NCBI GenBank assembly: GCA_051382335.1
Contig: JBBCAX010000302.1
Coordinates: forward strand, 1-46,636
Direction of reading: 5' to 3'
From: Deltaproteobacteria bacterium TL4
GTDB taxonomy: Bacteria > SAR324 > NAC60-12
DNA: 46,636 bases
The translations under genes and the position numbers were made by a program. Under the pieces are notes generated by a model. That model had not been told where the DNA came from and ran no database searches. It worked only from the letters and a program-made list of their open reading frames with translations. Shown here piece after piece: positions 15,863 through 27,214 of this stretch (the stretch's first letter is position 1; every line of letters starts with the position of its first letter).

Positions 15863-18800
15863 CTATACTTGTTTCAATCCTCGTTCCAGTTGGTCGATTA
15901 TAACTTGGACCTGTGGCTGATTATTCATGGTGAGGTGATTGCCTGGCACTGTATTGATTTCGATACCGCCAGCGGCAAGCTCAATCCAAAAATGTTCGGG
16001 ATGATAGGTTAGATCTGGCTTCCAGGATTCTTGAGCGCGAAAGAAAACTAAACGTCCGGAATAAGGACGAGGAATGTAGTTCAGCATTGCCGCATTGTTC
16101 GCTTTGATCACTTGAACCTGTTGACGCATTTGAGATAACCCCAAATGGGACGGAAGTTGCCCACTGTATCGTGTTAAGAATAGGTTTATCTGTTTATCAA
16201 CACTCAATCCGCGTAATTCGTCTATGGCAATCGCGCTTTTGTCCAATTTCAACAAATGTTCGATGATAAAAAAGAGAATGTCTGTCTCATCTTCCAAGTT
16301 AAATAATGCTTGATTCAGCGGCGTATCGGCAAGGAACAAAAATTTCACTTCTTGCCCCTGAGCCTGTAATTGTTGTGACATTTCAAAGGCAACCAAACCT
16401 CCAAACGAAAAACCGCCTAACAGGTAGGGACCATTGGCCTGGACGGTTCGCATGGCTTCAAGGTAGTGAATCGCCATTTCACTGATTTGGGTCAAAGGTT
16501 TTGTTTCTTCGGTTAAACCTGGGGTTTGGAAACCGTAAACAGGACGATCTGGATCAAGTCCACGGACTAACTCTTGATAGATGAAAACTTGCCCATCTAT
16601 GGGAGGTGCCAAAAATAATGGTTTTTTTCGTTTGTCTCCCGTTTTAAGTCTAACCAGAGAAAGAGGCATAGCGGGCGTTGTAGGGGAAGCCGAAACACTG
16701 GTTTCAATGATCTCAGCCAATTCAGCAATCGTTGGGGCATTCAAAAAACTTTGAAGTGATAACTCAGTTTCTAAGGTTTTGCATAGTTGGGCGACTAAGT
16801 GACTGGCTAATAAAGAATCACCGCCTATATCAAAGAAATTGTCATAAATGCCCACTTCTTTGATGCCAAAAATATTTTTCCACACCGCAGCGATTTTTTG
16901 TTCTTTAGGAGTTCGAGGTGTTGCCTCAGAAGACAATGTCACTGCCGAATCAGCACTTGACTCCGCGTCACCCGTCAATTGTCCCAACATCGCTAACGAC
17001 AATTGTGGTTGGTTCGTACCTCTTTGTGGAGCGTCAATCCAATAACGTTTGCGTTCAAAGGGAGTCGTTGGTAAATGCAAACGCTGGCGTTGCTCTTGAG
17101 CATAGAATCCGGACCAGTCTATTTTGACACCAGCAAGCCACAGTTTCCCCAAAGTCGTCAGCAAAAACGCGACGTCAGACTGATTTTCCTGGGGATGACG
17201 TACAGAGGTGAGTACCACTTGTTCTGTGGCCTTATTGGGATGTTGTTTTGCCAATGTATTCAAAGTTCGTCCGGGGCCCACTTCAAGGAGAAGGTGTTCC
17301 GGTGTCCGAAAAAGCACTTCCAGCCCTTCAGCAAAGCGCACGGTTTGCCGCAAATGGGTAGCCCAATAATGCGGATCAGTGGCTTCCGCTTCGGTGATCC
17401 AGGTACCGGTTACATTAGAAATATAACGCAGTTGAGGTGGTTTGAGCTTCATTTGCTTCACCCGTTCAGCAAAGGTCTCGACAATCGGTTCCATCATTTC
17501 GGAATGGAAGGCATGAGAGGTTTGCACGCGACGGGACGTTATCTCTTTTTTAGTTAACTGCTGTTCCAAACCTTCTATCGCTTTGGGTTCTCCGGCAACT
17601 ACGCATTGGGCGGCACCATTAATCACAGCCAAGGAAAGTCCATTGCCCAAAAAGTGCTGCAATGCTTGCGGTGAAAGGGGGACGGCCAACATTTCTCCGG
17701 GAGGCATTTGCTGCATCAACTTTCCTCGGTCAGTCACTAAGGACAAGGCTTCTTCGAGAGAAAAAACTTCCGCCAGACAGGCTGCGACATATTCGCCAAT
17801 GCTATGACCGATCATCGCTTGAGGATGTACCCCCCACGCCATCCATAACTTGGCGAGAGCATACTCAATCACAAATAGAGCCGGTTGGGTTATTGCGGTT
17901 TGTTGTAACGCTTGCGCTGCTGATTCAGCTTTTTCTGCCCTTGGGTATAATAGATCGCGTAAATCCAGTTCTAAGTGGGGTAAAAGAATTTCCGCGCAAA
18001 GATCCACTTGTTCTTTAAAAATCGCCTCAGCTTGATAAAGTTCCAAGGCCATATTGACGTACTGTGCTCCTTGTCCGGAGAACATAAACACGACGGAAGG
18101 GGTTACTGATTGATGGATCTTGGCCGAAAAAACTCGTTGTGGTGCCAAGGTGTTCAACATCAATTCAGCATCTTTAACCTCTTGACAAACCAACATTCGG
18201 CGATGATTGAACGGTTTGCGTCCCACTTGAAGGGTATAAGCCGCATCAGCAAGATTAAGTTCGCTTGATTGCTTCAGATATTCGGAAAAATTCGTAGTTA
18301 TGGTTTCAATAGATGTGCTGGTTTTTCCTGACAATAACAACAACTGCCAGGCGCGAGATTGTTCGGAAGGGGGGCAGGCTGGTGCTTCTTCCAACGTCAC
18401 ATGGCCATTAGTTCCCCCAATACCAAAAGCATTCACCCCGGCACGGCGGGGGATTCCCTTCGTTTTCCATTCCTGCAGGGTGGTATTGACATAAAAGGGG
18501 CTATTGTCAAAATCAATTTTCGGGTTAGGTTTCTTAAAATTGATGCTGGGGGGCAATTGTTTATGTTTCAGGGCCAGGATGGTTTTGATCAAACTCGCTA
18601 TGCCTGAGGCATGGTTGAGATGGCCAATATTGGGTTTCGTTGAAGCGATAGCGCAAAAGTTATTTTTCAACGGTTGCGTGTCTGAGGCCGTCGCTTGAAA
18701 CGCTTTGGTCAAGGCCGCTATTTCAACGGGGTCACCCAGTTCGGTGCCGGTACCGTGCGCTTCAATATAGGATATCGTGTTTGACGCTATGCCGGCGAGT

Positions 18801-19717
18801 GAGATAGCGTTAGCGATGACGGTCGCTTGCCCCTCTATACTGGGCGCCGTATAACCAATTTTGGTAGAACCATCATTATTCAGGGCGGTGGCTTTGATAA
18901 TGGCGTCAATAGAGTCGCCATCGGCAATCGCGTCTTCGAGCCGTTTTAATAACAAGACGCCTACACCCGCCCCGGTCACAATCCCTTTACTGTCCGCGTC
19001 AAAAGTACGGAGATGGCCATCCGGAGAATAAATCATCCCCTCCTGATACAAATAACCTTCCTTGGACGGAGTGCGGGCAAAGCTCGCTCCAGCCAGCGCC
19101 ATATCCGATTGATAACACAGCAAACTTTGACAAGCCAAGTGCACAGCGACCAATGACGTAGAGCACGTCGTTCCCACGGAGATACTGGGCCCGGTTAAAT
19201 TCATCTGGAACGAAACGCGCATGGGCATCGTATCTTTATGATTGGTTAACGCCATTTCCAAGCGATCAGCGGTAGGGAAATTAATCAGATTGTTGGGCAG
19301 AATATTTCTAAGCAAGTAAGTACTGAAGGACGTACCCGCGTAAACACCAATCTGCCCCGCATAAGTTTCCGAATCATAACCCGCGTTCTCCATAGCTTCC
19401 CAAGCACACTCCAAGAAAAGGCGATGTTGCGGGTCTAAAATTCTCGCCTCTCTAGGACTCATATCAAAAAAGCCGGCATCAAACATTTCTATATCATCCA
19501 ATACGCCATGGGCTTTGACAAATTTAGGGTTTTTTAGCAGTTCAGGATCTACTCCGCTTGCCAAAGCCTCCTCATCGCTGAAAAAGGTAATGGACTCCAC
19601 TCCATCACGAATATTTTTCCAAAACTCCTCCAAATTCCTGGCTCCTGGAAAACGTCCCGCCATCCCAATAACCGCTATTGATTCCAACCCCGAATTTCGC
19701 GTTTCTTCATGATCCAT
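15863..19717 (-). CDS. Type I PKS module KS-AT-ACP-TE
   Basis: KS: IAVIGMAGRFPGA, TTCSTS, HGTGT, NIGHL. AT: GHSIGE and HAFH (malonyl-type). ACP: GGDSL. TE: GFSFGG and GNH. Confidence 0.95.
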   Translation of the reverse strand: MDHEETRNSGLESIAVIGMAGRFPGARNLEEFWKNIRDGVESITFFSDEEALASGVDPELLKNPKFVKAHGVLDDIEMFDAGFFDMSPREARILDPQHRLFLECAWEAMENAGYDSETYAGQIGVYAGTSFSTYLLRNILPNNLINFPTADRLEMALTNHKDTMPMRVSFQMNLTGPSISVGTTCSTSLVAVHLACQSLLCYQSDMALAGASFARTPSKEGYLYQEGMIYSPDGHLRTFDADSKGIVTGAGVGVLLLKRLEDAIADGDSIDAIIKATALNNDGSTKIGYTAPSIEGQATVIANAISLAGIASNTISYIEAHGTGTELGDPVEIAALTKAFQATASDTQPLKNNFCAIASTKPNIGHLNHASGIASLIKTILALKHKQLPPSINFKKPNPKIDFDNSPFYVNTTLQEWKTKGIPRRAGVNAFGIGGTNGHVTLEEAPACPPSEQSRAWQLLLLSGKTSTSIETITTNFSEYLKQSSELNLADAAYTLQVGRKPFNHRRMLVCQEVKDAELMLNTLAPQRVFSAKIHQSVTPSVVFMFSGQGAQYVNMALELYQAEAIFKEQVDLCAEILLPHLELDLRDLLYPRAEKAESAAQALQQTAITQPALFVIEYALAKLWMAWGVHPQAMIGHSIGEYVAACLAEVFSLEEALSLVTDRGKLMQQMPPGEMLAVPLSPQALQHFLGNGLSLAVINGAAQCVVAGEPKAIEGLEQQLTKKEITSRRVQTSHAFHSEMMEPIVETFAERVKQMKLKPPQLRYISNVTGTWITEAEATDPHYWATHLRQTVRFAEGLEVLFRTPEHLLLEVGPGRTLNTLAKQHPNKATEQVVLTSVRHPQENQSDVAFLLTTLGKLWLAGVKIDWSGFYAQEQRQRLHLPTTPFERKRYWIDAPQRGTNQPQLSLAMLGQLTGDAESSADSAVTLSSEATPRTPKEQKIAAVWKNIFGIKEVGIYDNFFDIGGDSLLASHLVAQLCKTLETELSLQSFLNAPTIAELAEIIETSVSASPTTPAMPLSLVRLKTGDKRKKPLFLAPPIDGQVFIYQELVRGLDPDRPVYGFQTPGLTEETKPLTQISEMAIHYLEAMRTVQANGPYLLGGFSFGGLVAFEMSQQLQAQGQEVKFLFLADTPLNQALFNLEDETDILFFIIEHLLKLDKSAIAIDELRGLSVDKQINLFLTRYSGQLPSHLGLSQMRQQVQVIKANNAAMLNYIPRPYSGRLVFFRAQESWKPDLTYHPEHFWIELAAGGIEINTVPGNHLTMNNQPQVQVIIDQLERGLKQV

Positions 19718-21521
19718 TCGATAATCTCCTTGTTTTATTCAGTTGTTTCTGTCGGGCGAGTGCCGCCTTTTGTTTTTGAGTCCGATTATAAACCAAACTT
19801 GAGTCAAGTTCTTTATGAAACACATTTTTGCTTATAAATTGTGCCATTTCAGCAATCGTTAGATGTTTAAATAATTCTGCTACCGCAATATTACGATCAA
19901 AAATAGCTTCTAATTTCTTGCAGATGGACAGTATGGTCAGTGAGCGACCCCCTAAATCGTAAAAATTATCGTGAATCCCAATTTTCTCCCTGTGGAGTAC
20001 TGTTTTCCAAACAGACGCAATCTTTTGCTCGGTTTCATTTTGAGGTTCGACATAAGGAACAGCTACAGAGTGAAGCGGAGAGGTTTGAAGATTAGCTGGG
20101 GTGCTGAATTGGGGAAGGTCTGAAAGGTGACATTGGGGATTGGCCACGAATTGTTCTAATAAAATGTGAAAATTCCCTAACAAGCTTTTGATGGTTGAGG
20201 TGCCAAATAAATCTGTTTTATAACGCAACACACCAAGCATGGCTTCGCCCTTTGCCTTCATGGAAAGGAACAAATCAAAATTCGCGATGCCTTCTTCTAT
20301 ATCCAAAGGCGTGACACTCACATCCGATGCCAGTTCCAAAGGCTGACTCGGGACATTTTGCAACGCGAACATGGTTCGGGAGAGGAGGAGGTTCGGCATA
20401 TTCAAGATATCAACTAACTGTTGAAGCGGCAAATCTTGATATTCATTAGCCGTTAAAGTGATTTTGCTAACGCGCGCCACCAATTCAGTGAAACTTGGAT
20501 TTTCGCCAAGGTAGGTACGTAGGAGTAAGACATTGCTGAAATAGCCAATTAAATTTTTTGTTTCGACGCGATAACGACCAGCAACCGGTGAACAGATGAT
20601 GATATCTTGTTGCCCCGAGTACTGATAGAGCAACGCCTTAAAGGCCGCTAACAAGATCACAAACAAAGAAACCCCTTCCTGTTGACCCAATCGTTTCAGA
20701 GCGTTAACCAAATTTCCCGGGAGTTCTAAATATTGAGACGCGCCTTGGTAAGTCGGTATAGCGGGTGCGGGATGATCCGTCGGCAACTGTAAGAGCGGCA
20801 GTTCACCGTTCAGTTGTTGTTTCCAATAATCCAATTGAGCGTCCAGGACTTTTCCCCTGAGCCATCCGCGTTGAAATTGAGCAAAATCCGCATATTGAAT
20901 GGGAAGCTTGGGAAGTGGTGACGATTTACCCGTTAAAAACGCTCGATAGTGTACCGCCAATTCCCGCATAAACAGGCTGGTGGACCAGCGATCATTGATA
21001 ATATGATGGCTAGTTAACAAAAAGATATGTTCCTCTTGGTTTAGGCGCAGAAGCTTGAAGCGCACCAGCGGGCCACTCGCTAAATCGAAAGGTTGTTGTG
21101 CCTCTTTAATAGCCAGCCTCCGGACTTCGGCCTCACGCTCTTGAATTGAAAACTCCCCCAGTTCCACGATGGGTAACGTTAACTTGATATCGGGTAAGAC
21201 GGTTTGAACAGGTTGCTCATCGACGGCAGGAAAAGTGGTTCGCAGAATTTCGTGTCGTTGTTCAATGGCTTGTAAACTTTGCTCCAAGATAGTAATATTC
21301 AGTGGACCTTTCAGTTGAAAAACCGCACGTAGATTGTGCATCGTATTGTCGGGTTGTAATTGGTCAATAAACCACAACCGCTCCTGAGCAAAAGACAGAA
21401 GTAACTTGCCGTGACGAGAAACGGGTTTGATCACTGGAGATTTATGTTGTAACTTGGCGTTGACCCTGACAGCTTGCCAAAAATCTGAGTGGGTTGGTGA
21501 GGTGGAATTATTTTCTTTCAT
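19707..21521 (-). CDS. NRPS-like protein, condensation + PCP, no adenylation domain
   Basis: LSFAQERLWF, RHEILRT, HHIINDRWS and QYADFA motifs; PCP DNFYDLGGRSL; overlaps the PKS start. Confidence 0.9.
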   Translation of the reverse strand: MKENNSTSPTHSDFWQAVRVNAKLQHKSPVIKPVSRHGKLLLSFAQERLWFIDQLQPDNTMHNLRAVFQLKGPLNITILEQSLQAIEQRHEILRTTFPAVDEQPVQTVLPDIKLTLPIVELGEFSIQEREAEVRRLAIKEAQQPFDLASGPLVRFKLLRLNQEEHIFLLTSHHIINDRWSTSLFMRELAVHYRAFLTGKSSPLPKLPIQYADFAQFQRGWLRGKVLDAQLDYWKQQLNGELPLLQLPTDHPAPAIPTYQGASQYLELPGNLVNALKRLGQQEGVSLFVILLAAFKALLYQYSGQQDIIICSPVAGRYRVETKNLIGYFSNVLLLRTYLGENPSFTELVARVSKITLTANEYQDLPLQQLVDILNMPNLLLSRTMFALQNVPSQPLELASDVSVTPLDIEEGIANFDLFLSMKAKGEAMLGVLRYKTDLFGTSTIKSLLGNFHILLEQFVANPQCHLSDLPQFSTPANLQTSPLHSVAVPYVEPQNETEQKIASVWKTVLHREKIGIHDNFYDLGGRSLTILSICKKLEAIFDRNIAVAELFKHLTIAEMAQFISKNVFHKELDSSLVYNRTQKQKAALARQKQLNKTRRLSNGS

Positions 21522-21864
21522 ACTTGACAGATCAGCTTAGTTGAAATTTTATGCGGGGTCCTCATAACGTGAGTAGGTTTACCCCTATCCAAGAAAAGAA
21601 ATTCATAAGTAAAAGACAAGATTGTTAAGACGCTAACGAGAAGATGTCCAAGGTTTCCATTTTTGGATTTCATTGATCAGGGCGCCGATTTTTACATTAG
21701 AAAAAAACTTCCGCAAGACATTAAGTTAGTCGGACAAATTCAAATTTTGATCGATTTTTTTAAACGGGGATGACGTTCCTGAGATCTTCCGGGAGGGTAC
21801 TTATTGCGGGGTTCCATTTAAAACACTCCTCCAATTTTAAAATATTCATCGTTATGGAGAATCC

Positions 21865-22698
21865 ATGAAAACGGATATGATTACTTTGCCGCAAAAGCAG
21901 CAATGGCAAAAACAAGTTCGGCAAGCAAAGCAAGTCACCATTCTTACAGGAGCCGGTATTTCTGCGGAAAGCGGCATTCCTACATTCCGTGGTCCGGAAG
22001 GTTATTGGACCATTGAATCCAAGGAATACTTTCCTGAGGAGATGGCAACGAACGCAATGTTTCATCGTCATCCGGTTGAAGTGTGGAAATGGTATCTTTA
22101 TAGACGTAATGTATGTCACCAAGCACAACCGAACCCGGGACATAAGGCGATTGAACGTTTGGAACAGTTGCTTGGGGATCGGTTTAAGCTGATTACTCAA
22201 AATGTGGATGGTTTACACCTGAGAGCGGGTAACCGCATGGAACGGACTTATCAAATTCATGGAAATATCAACTTTATGCGTTGTTCTCAAGAATGTACTT
22301 CCGCGATTTATCCACTTCCTTCAGAGATTCCTTATCAGCCTCACGTTCTTGAAATGACAGGCCCTCTCATGGAGGTGCTGTCCTGTCCTCAGTGTGGGGC
22401 CATGACACGTCCCCATGTGCTTTGGTTTGATGAGTATTATAACGAAGAGCATTTTCGCTTTGAAAGCGCGCTGTTGACCGCACAAAATACGGATGTGCTT
22501 CTGATTATTGGAACTTCTGGCGCAACAACCTTGCCCAATCGTGTGGTTTCAACGGTTGCAAATCAAGGGGGGTTTATCGTTGATGTGAATAGTGACAACG
22601 ACCCTTTTTCCAAGGTGGCGTTACAAAGCGGGGGGATTTATTTGAAACATCCCAGCGGGCAAGTTCTACCTCAACTGGTGGACTGTCTTTCAGGCTAA
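21865..22698 (+). CDS. cobB: NAD-dependent deacylase (sirtuin)
   Basis: GAGISAESGIPTFRG, ITQNVDGLH, IHGN, two Cys pairs, RPHVLWF, IGTSG. Confidence 0.9.
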   Translation: MKTDMITLPQKQQWQKQVRQAKQVTILTGAGISAESGIPTFRGPEGYWTIESKEYFPEEMATNAMFHRHPVEVWKWYLYRRNVCHQAQPNPGHKAIERLEQLLGDRFKLITQNVDGLHLRAGNRMERTYQIHGNINFMRCSQECTSAIYPLPSEIPYQPHVLEMTGPLMEVLSCPQCGAMTRPHVLWFDEYYNEEHFRFESALLTAQNTDVLLIIGTSGATTLPNRVVSTVANQGGFIVDVNSDNDPFSKVALQSGGIYLKHPSGQVLPQLVDCLSG

Positions 22699-22724
22699 TC
22701 CGGAAAAAACGAACTCTTGAACGA

Positions 22725-22762
22725 TGACTTCAGGAAGGTGTATCTTTACCTTCCTGAAGTCA
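22725..22762. terminator. 15-bp perfect hairpin between convergent sirtuin and acnA (likely bidirectional terminator)
   Basis: TGACTTCAGGAAGGT / ACCTTCCTGAAGTCA. Confidence 0.7.
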
Positions 22763-22771
22763 AACCATCAA

Positions 22772-25453
22772 TTAACTACGGCTTTCTCTGATAAAATTCC
22801 GCAAAACCGTGTGTAAGATGCCTCCGTTTTTATAATACTCGATTTCTACCGGAGTATCCAGGCGACACAGAACAGGAATTTCGCGGTTGTCCGCTTTTAA
22901 AGTCAGCTCTTGCATGGGTTGCATCGTATCACTCAAGCCTAGAATGGAGAAGGACTCTTTTCCGGTAAGGCCCAGGGATTCATGAGTTTGGCCATTTTTA
23001 AATTGCAATGGCAAAACACCCATACCGACCAAATTAGAGCGATGAATCCGCTCGAAACTCGTAGCAACCACGGCCTTCACGCCAAGTAAGAAGGTCCCTT
23101 TGGCGGCCCAGTCCCGTGAGGAACCTGTACCGTATTCAGCCCCAGCCAAGACAACCAGTGGTATTTTTTCCTGCTTGTATTTGAGAGAGGCGTCATAAAT
23201 CGACATTTGTTTCCCACTAGGGATATGAATGGTGTATCCGCCTTCTGTCCCTGGTGCGAGTTGATTTCGCAAACGAACATTCGCAAAGGTTCCCCGAGTC
23301 ATGACACGATCGTTTCCTCTTCGAGAACCATAAGAGTTGAAATCCTCTAGAGCAACGCCTTTTTGGATCAGGAATTGACCCGCAGGAGAGTCTTCTGTAA
23401 AAGATCCCGCTGGTGAAATGTGATCTGTGGTTACAGAGTCTCCTACTTTAATCAGGGCTCTTGCGCCAACAATATTCTTAAGGGGTGCAAGATCCAGGGA
23501 CATGTTGCTGAAAAAAGGTGGATTTTGAATATAAGTGGAAGCCTCATCCCATTCATAAACCTCACCTTCACGGCTTTCAACAGCATTCCACAAAGGAGAG
23601 GAGGAACCAACATTACCATATTCGGTGTGGAACATTTCTTTAGTAATCAAATTTTCAACCGCTGTAATTTCATCACGAGTCGGCCAGATGTCTTTCAAAT
23701 AGACGTCTTTGCCATCTTTCCCTTTTCCAAGAGGTTCGGTGGTCAAATCGATATCAACGGTTCCGGCAATAGCATAGGCCACGACCAAAGGCGGACTTGC
23801 CAGGTAGTTGGCTTTAACCTGAGGACTGATGCGTCCTTCGAAGTTACGATTTCCAGAGAGCACTGCTGCTGCAACCAAGTTCCCTGCCTCAATGGCCTCA
23901 ATAATGGGTTCATTCAAGGGACCAGAGTTTCCAATACAAGTCGTACAACCATAACCCACAATGTGAAAGCCGAGCTTGGATAAATCACCTAACAGGCCAG
24001 CGGCTTCCAGGTAGTTGCGAACCACTCTTGAGCCTGGGCCCATAGAGGTTTTTACCCAAGATTGGGATTTCAGTCCTTTTTCGACCGCTTTTTTCGCCAA
24101 AAGTCCTGCGGCAATCATGACCGAGGGATTACTGGTATTGGTACATGAGGTGATTGCGGCAATCACAACAGAACCATGTTTTAACTCCGCGCCTTTTAAA
24201 CCTTTAACCGGTTCTTTGCTGTGCAGGGCTTCGCCTTTGAGTTCAAACCCACGTTGTTTGATCGGAGCTTTCAAGCTTTTATCAAACTCACTTTTCATTG
24301 CGGACAGATTAATGCGGTCTTGTGGACGTTTAGGTCCCGCTAAGGCGGGTTCGATGGTTGATAAATCAAGTGCTACCGTTTCGCCAAAAACAGGATCTGG
24401 AGTGCTGTCTGTTCGAAATAAGCCTTGAGCTTTACAATACGTTTCCACTCGGGAAATCAAGTTTTCTGAGCGTCCTGTTTGTCGAAGATAGCGCAGACTT
24501 TCCTGATCTACAGGGAAGAAGCCCATGGTGGCGCCATATTCAGGTCCCATATTCGCAATGGTCGCACGGTCCGCCAAGGCTAAATTGGAAAGGCCGGGTC
24601 CATAAAATTCAACGAATTTTTCAACAACGCCTTTTGCTCGCAGGATCTGAACGACTCTTAACACTAAATCGGTTGCGGTGGTTCCCGCAGGTAATGAGCC
24701 TGTCAGCTTAAATCCAACCACTTCGGGAATTAACATATAAATCGGCTGTCCCAGCATCACCGATTCGGCTTCAATGCCTCCGACGCCCCACCCCAAGACC
24801 CCCATCCCATTGATCATGGTCGTGTGAGAGTCTGTTCCAACCAGGGTATCCGGAAAACAGACGCCCTCTCGTAGCTGAACAACTTGCGCCAAGTGTTCCA
24901 GATTGACTTGATGAACAATTCCAACACCCGGAGGACACACACCAAAGTTATCAAAGGCTTTTTGTCCCCATTTCAAAAACTCATATCGTTCCTGGTTGCG
25001 GCTGAACTCGATTTCCATATTTTGTCGTAAGGCATCTGCCGTCCCATACTTATCCACCTGGATGGAATGATCAATCACCAAATCCACAGGGACTCTAGGA
25101 TTGATAACCTTGGGATCCCCACCCATTTCGACCATTGCGGTTCGTAAAGAGGCTAAGTCCACAACTGCGGGAACTCCGGTAAAATCTTGTAAAATAACGC
25201 GTGTTGGTTTGTAAGGAATCTCAGCCTCAGACTTTTGGTTCGGACTCCATTTTGCCAAGGCTTCAACATCTTCCGCCCTCACCTGAAAGTTGTCAACATT
25301 CCGCAACGCTTGTTCTAAAAGGATCTTAATCGAAAAGGGGAGTTGACTTACAAGCCCGACTCCATCCTTTTCCAATTTTTTTAAACTGTATAAATCGGCT
25401 TTGCCACTGCCTGTTTCAAAGGACGTTCTGCAACCGAACTTATTGTCTGACAT
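22772..25453 (-). CDS. acnA: Aconitate hydratase A
   Basis: [55 protein letters not shown]. Confidence 0.97.
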   Translation of the reverse strand: MSDNKFGCRTSFETGSGKADLYSLKKLEKDGVGLVSQLPFSIKILLEQALRNVDNFQVRAEDVEALAKWSPNQKSEAEIPYKPTRVILQDFTGVPAVVDLASLRTAMVEMGGDPKVINPRVPVDLVIDHSIQVDKYGTADALRQNMEIEFSRNQERYEFLKWGQKAFDNFGVCPPGVGIVHQVNLEHLAQVVQLREGVCFPDTLVGTDSHTTMINGMGVLGWGVGGIEAESVMLGQPIYMLIPEVVGFKLTGSLPAGTTATDLVLRVVQILRAKGVVEKFVEFYGPGLSNLALADRATIANMGPEYGATMGFFPVDQESLRYLRQTGRSENLISRVETYCKAQGLFRTDSTPDPVFGETVALDLSTIEPALAGPKRPQDRINLSAMKSEFDKSLKAPIKQRGFELKGEALHSKEPVKGLKGAELKHGSVVIAAITSCTNTSNPSVMIAAGLLAKKAVEKGLKSQSWVKTSMGPGSRVVRNYLEAAGLLGDLSKLGFHIVGYGCTTCIGNSGPLNEPIIEAIEAGNLVAAAVLSGNRNFEGRISPQVKANYLASPPLVVAYAIAGTVDIDLTTEPLGKGKDGKDVYLKDIWPTRDEITAVENLITKEMFHTEYGNVGSSSPLWNAVESREGEVYEWDEASTYIQNPPFFSNMSLDLAPLKNIVGARALIKVGDSVTTDHISPAGSFTEDSPAGQFLIQKGVALEDFNSYGSRRGNDRVMTRGTFANVRLRNQLAPGTEGGYTIHIPSGKQMSIYDASLKYKQEKIPLVVLAGAEYGTGSSRDWAAKGTFLLGVKAVVATSFERIHRSNLVGMGVLPLQFKNGQTHESLGLTGKESFSILGLSDTMQPMQELTLKADNREIPVLCRLDTPVEIEYYKNGGILHTVLRNFIRESRS

Positions 25454-25628
25454 GGTACCTCTTTTAAAGGAGTTAATGATAAATTTTTATAACCGTTTGC
25501 CTCTGCCTAACGTTCTTAAGGCAAATCTTCATATAGGCCTTTCCCGAATCGATGCTTCCTTTCCGGTATCTGACTAACGTCCGGAGTGAGACGATATTAG
25601 GGACTCATAAAACGCAAAGCACCCAGGT

Positions 25629-25702
25629 TTTCGTAATCGTAATCTTGCTCTTAATCGTCAGAGAAGGAGAGTACGAGTAAAATTACGATTACGATTACGA
25701 AA
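25629..25702. repeat. Inverted array of CGTAAT/ATTACG hexamers
   Basis: TTTCGTAATCGTAAT (25629-25643) pairs with ATTACGATTACGAAA (25688-25702), with degenerate hexamers in between. Confidence 0.6.
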
Positions 25703-25810
25703 CATTAAAAAAAGTGGGACCTTTTATTTCTTCAGAGTCTCTTCCTAATGGAAACGTATTCCGGTTTCCCCCAAAACCGAATTCAGAAAACGCGGTGTGT
25801 GCCAATTCAC

Positions 25811-26851
25811 TCAATCCAACTCAATCGATTTGAGAAGTTCAATTTGGTCCAACACTAATCCTGTCCCCAAGGCCACACAGGATAAGGGATCTTCGGCATG
25901 AAAGACAGGCAAACCCACTTGTTGTCGAAGCAGCACATCCATTCCCGCAAGCAGAGAGCCACCCCCCGCAAGGACAATTCCTTTATCCACAATATCAGCC
26001 GCCAGTTCGGGAGGTGTTTTTTCCAAAGTATTCCGTACCGTTTGCACAATTTGATTACACACATCAGAAAGCGCGTCACGAATTTCTTCTTCACTTAAAA
26101 TCAAAGTTTTGGGAATGCCTGTCACCAAATCGCGACCGCGGACTTCAAGGGTTTTGGGTTCTCCCAAGGGATAAGCTGAGCCAATTTTTTGTTTGATAAT
26201 CTCGCCGGTTCTTTCACCAACCAGCAGGTTATATTTTTGTTTAACAAACTTGACAATCGTATCGTCCATAGCATCTCCGCCAATACGGGCCGAGTTACTA
26301 TAAACAATACCCGCCAAAGAAATCACCGCAACCTCTGTGGTTCCTCCTCCAATATCAACAATCATATTTCCGCTGGCTTCTGTGATCGGAAGTCCTGCGC
26401 CGATAGCTGCCGCCATAGGCTCTTCAATCAGAAAAACTTCTCTGGCACCCGCGGATTCTGCCGCTTCACGAACAGCTCGACATTCTACCTGTGTAATTCC
26501 GGAAGGAACCGCAATGATAATCCGCGGTTTGAATCTCATGAACGAAAATTTCTTTTGTGTCAGTCGGATGAAATACCGTAGCATTTCCTGTGTAATGTCA
26601 AAATCCGAAATCACTCCATCTTTCATCGGCCTAATCGCAGTGATACTGCCAGGAGTTCGGCCAAGCATGGCTTTAGCCTCTTCGCCCACAGCCAAAACTT
26701 TATAACCACCGTGTGCGTCCCGCTGTACGGCGACAACAGAAGGTTCACGAATGACTATCCCCTGCCCCCGCATATAGACCAAAGTGTTAGCCGTTCCTAA
26801 ATCAATTGCCAGATCTTGTGAAAAATATTTCGTTAGCGATGAGAATTTCAC
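25811..26851 (-). CDS. mreB: Rod shape-determining actin homolog
   Basis: [54 protein letters not shown]. Confidence 0.95.
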   Translation of the reverse strand: MKFSSLTKYFSQDLAIDLGTANTLVYMRGQGIVIREPSVVAVQRDAHGGYKVLAVGEEAKAMLGRTPGSITAIRPMKDGVISDFDITQEMLRYFIRLTQKKFSFMRFKPRIIIAVPSGITQVECRAVREAAESAGAREVFLIEEPMAAAIGAGLPITEASGNMIVDIGGGTTEVAVISLAGIVYSNSARIGGDAMDDTIVKFVKQKYNLLVGERTGEIIKQKIGSAYPLGEPKTLEVRGRDLVTGIPKTLILSEEEIRDALSDVCNQIVQTVRNTLEKTPPELAADIVDKGIVLAGGGSLLAGMDVLLRQQVGLPVFHAEDPLSCVALGTGLVLDQIELLKSIELD

Positions 26852-27214
26852 AGTTGTCTCCTGAGATCATCCATTGGTGAAAGAATTACAGTACGTTCAC
26901 AGATAAACCTAATCAGCAAATCTATTAATATTGAACAACAGAGCAAGCTTTTAATTCTGTCTCTGATAATAAACTTACAACTGGTTCATGTTACTCTATA
27001 TTTGGCAGTTCGGTCAGAGGAACGCCTCTTGTTGGAATGCAAATATTGAGTTTTCATTTCAAAACGATTCGATCCATTTTAGTCCAATAATAGCGTTTTA
27101 CATTTTTAGAATTTACACTATAATTTCGACTTGAATTTGGTGAACGCTCATTGATGAACCTTTCTTGCGTCATTGATGTCCTCCTGTTTGACTCAAACCA
27201 TTGAGGTTTTTTCC

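Noticed and set aside
25629..25702. CRISPR array
   Set aside because: Only short hexamer repeats; no repeat-spacer periodicity or cas genes anywhere in the window.
25811..26851. MamK / magnetosome island
   Set aside because: The sequence has canonical MreB motifs and there are no mam genes nearby.
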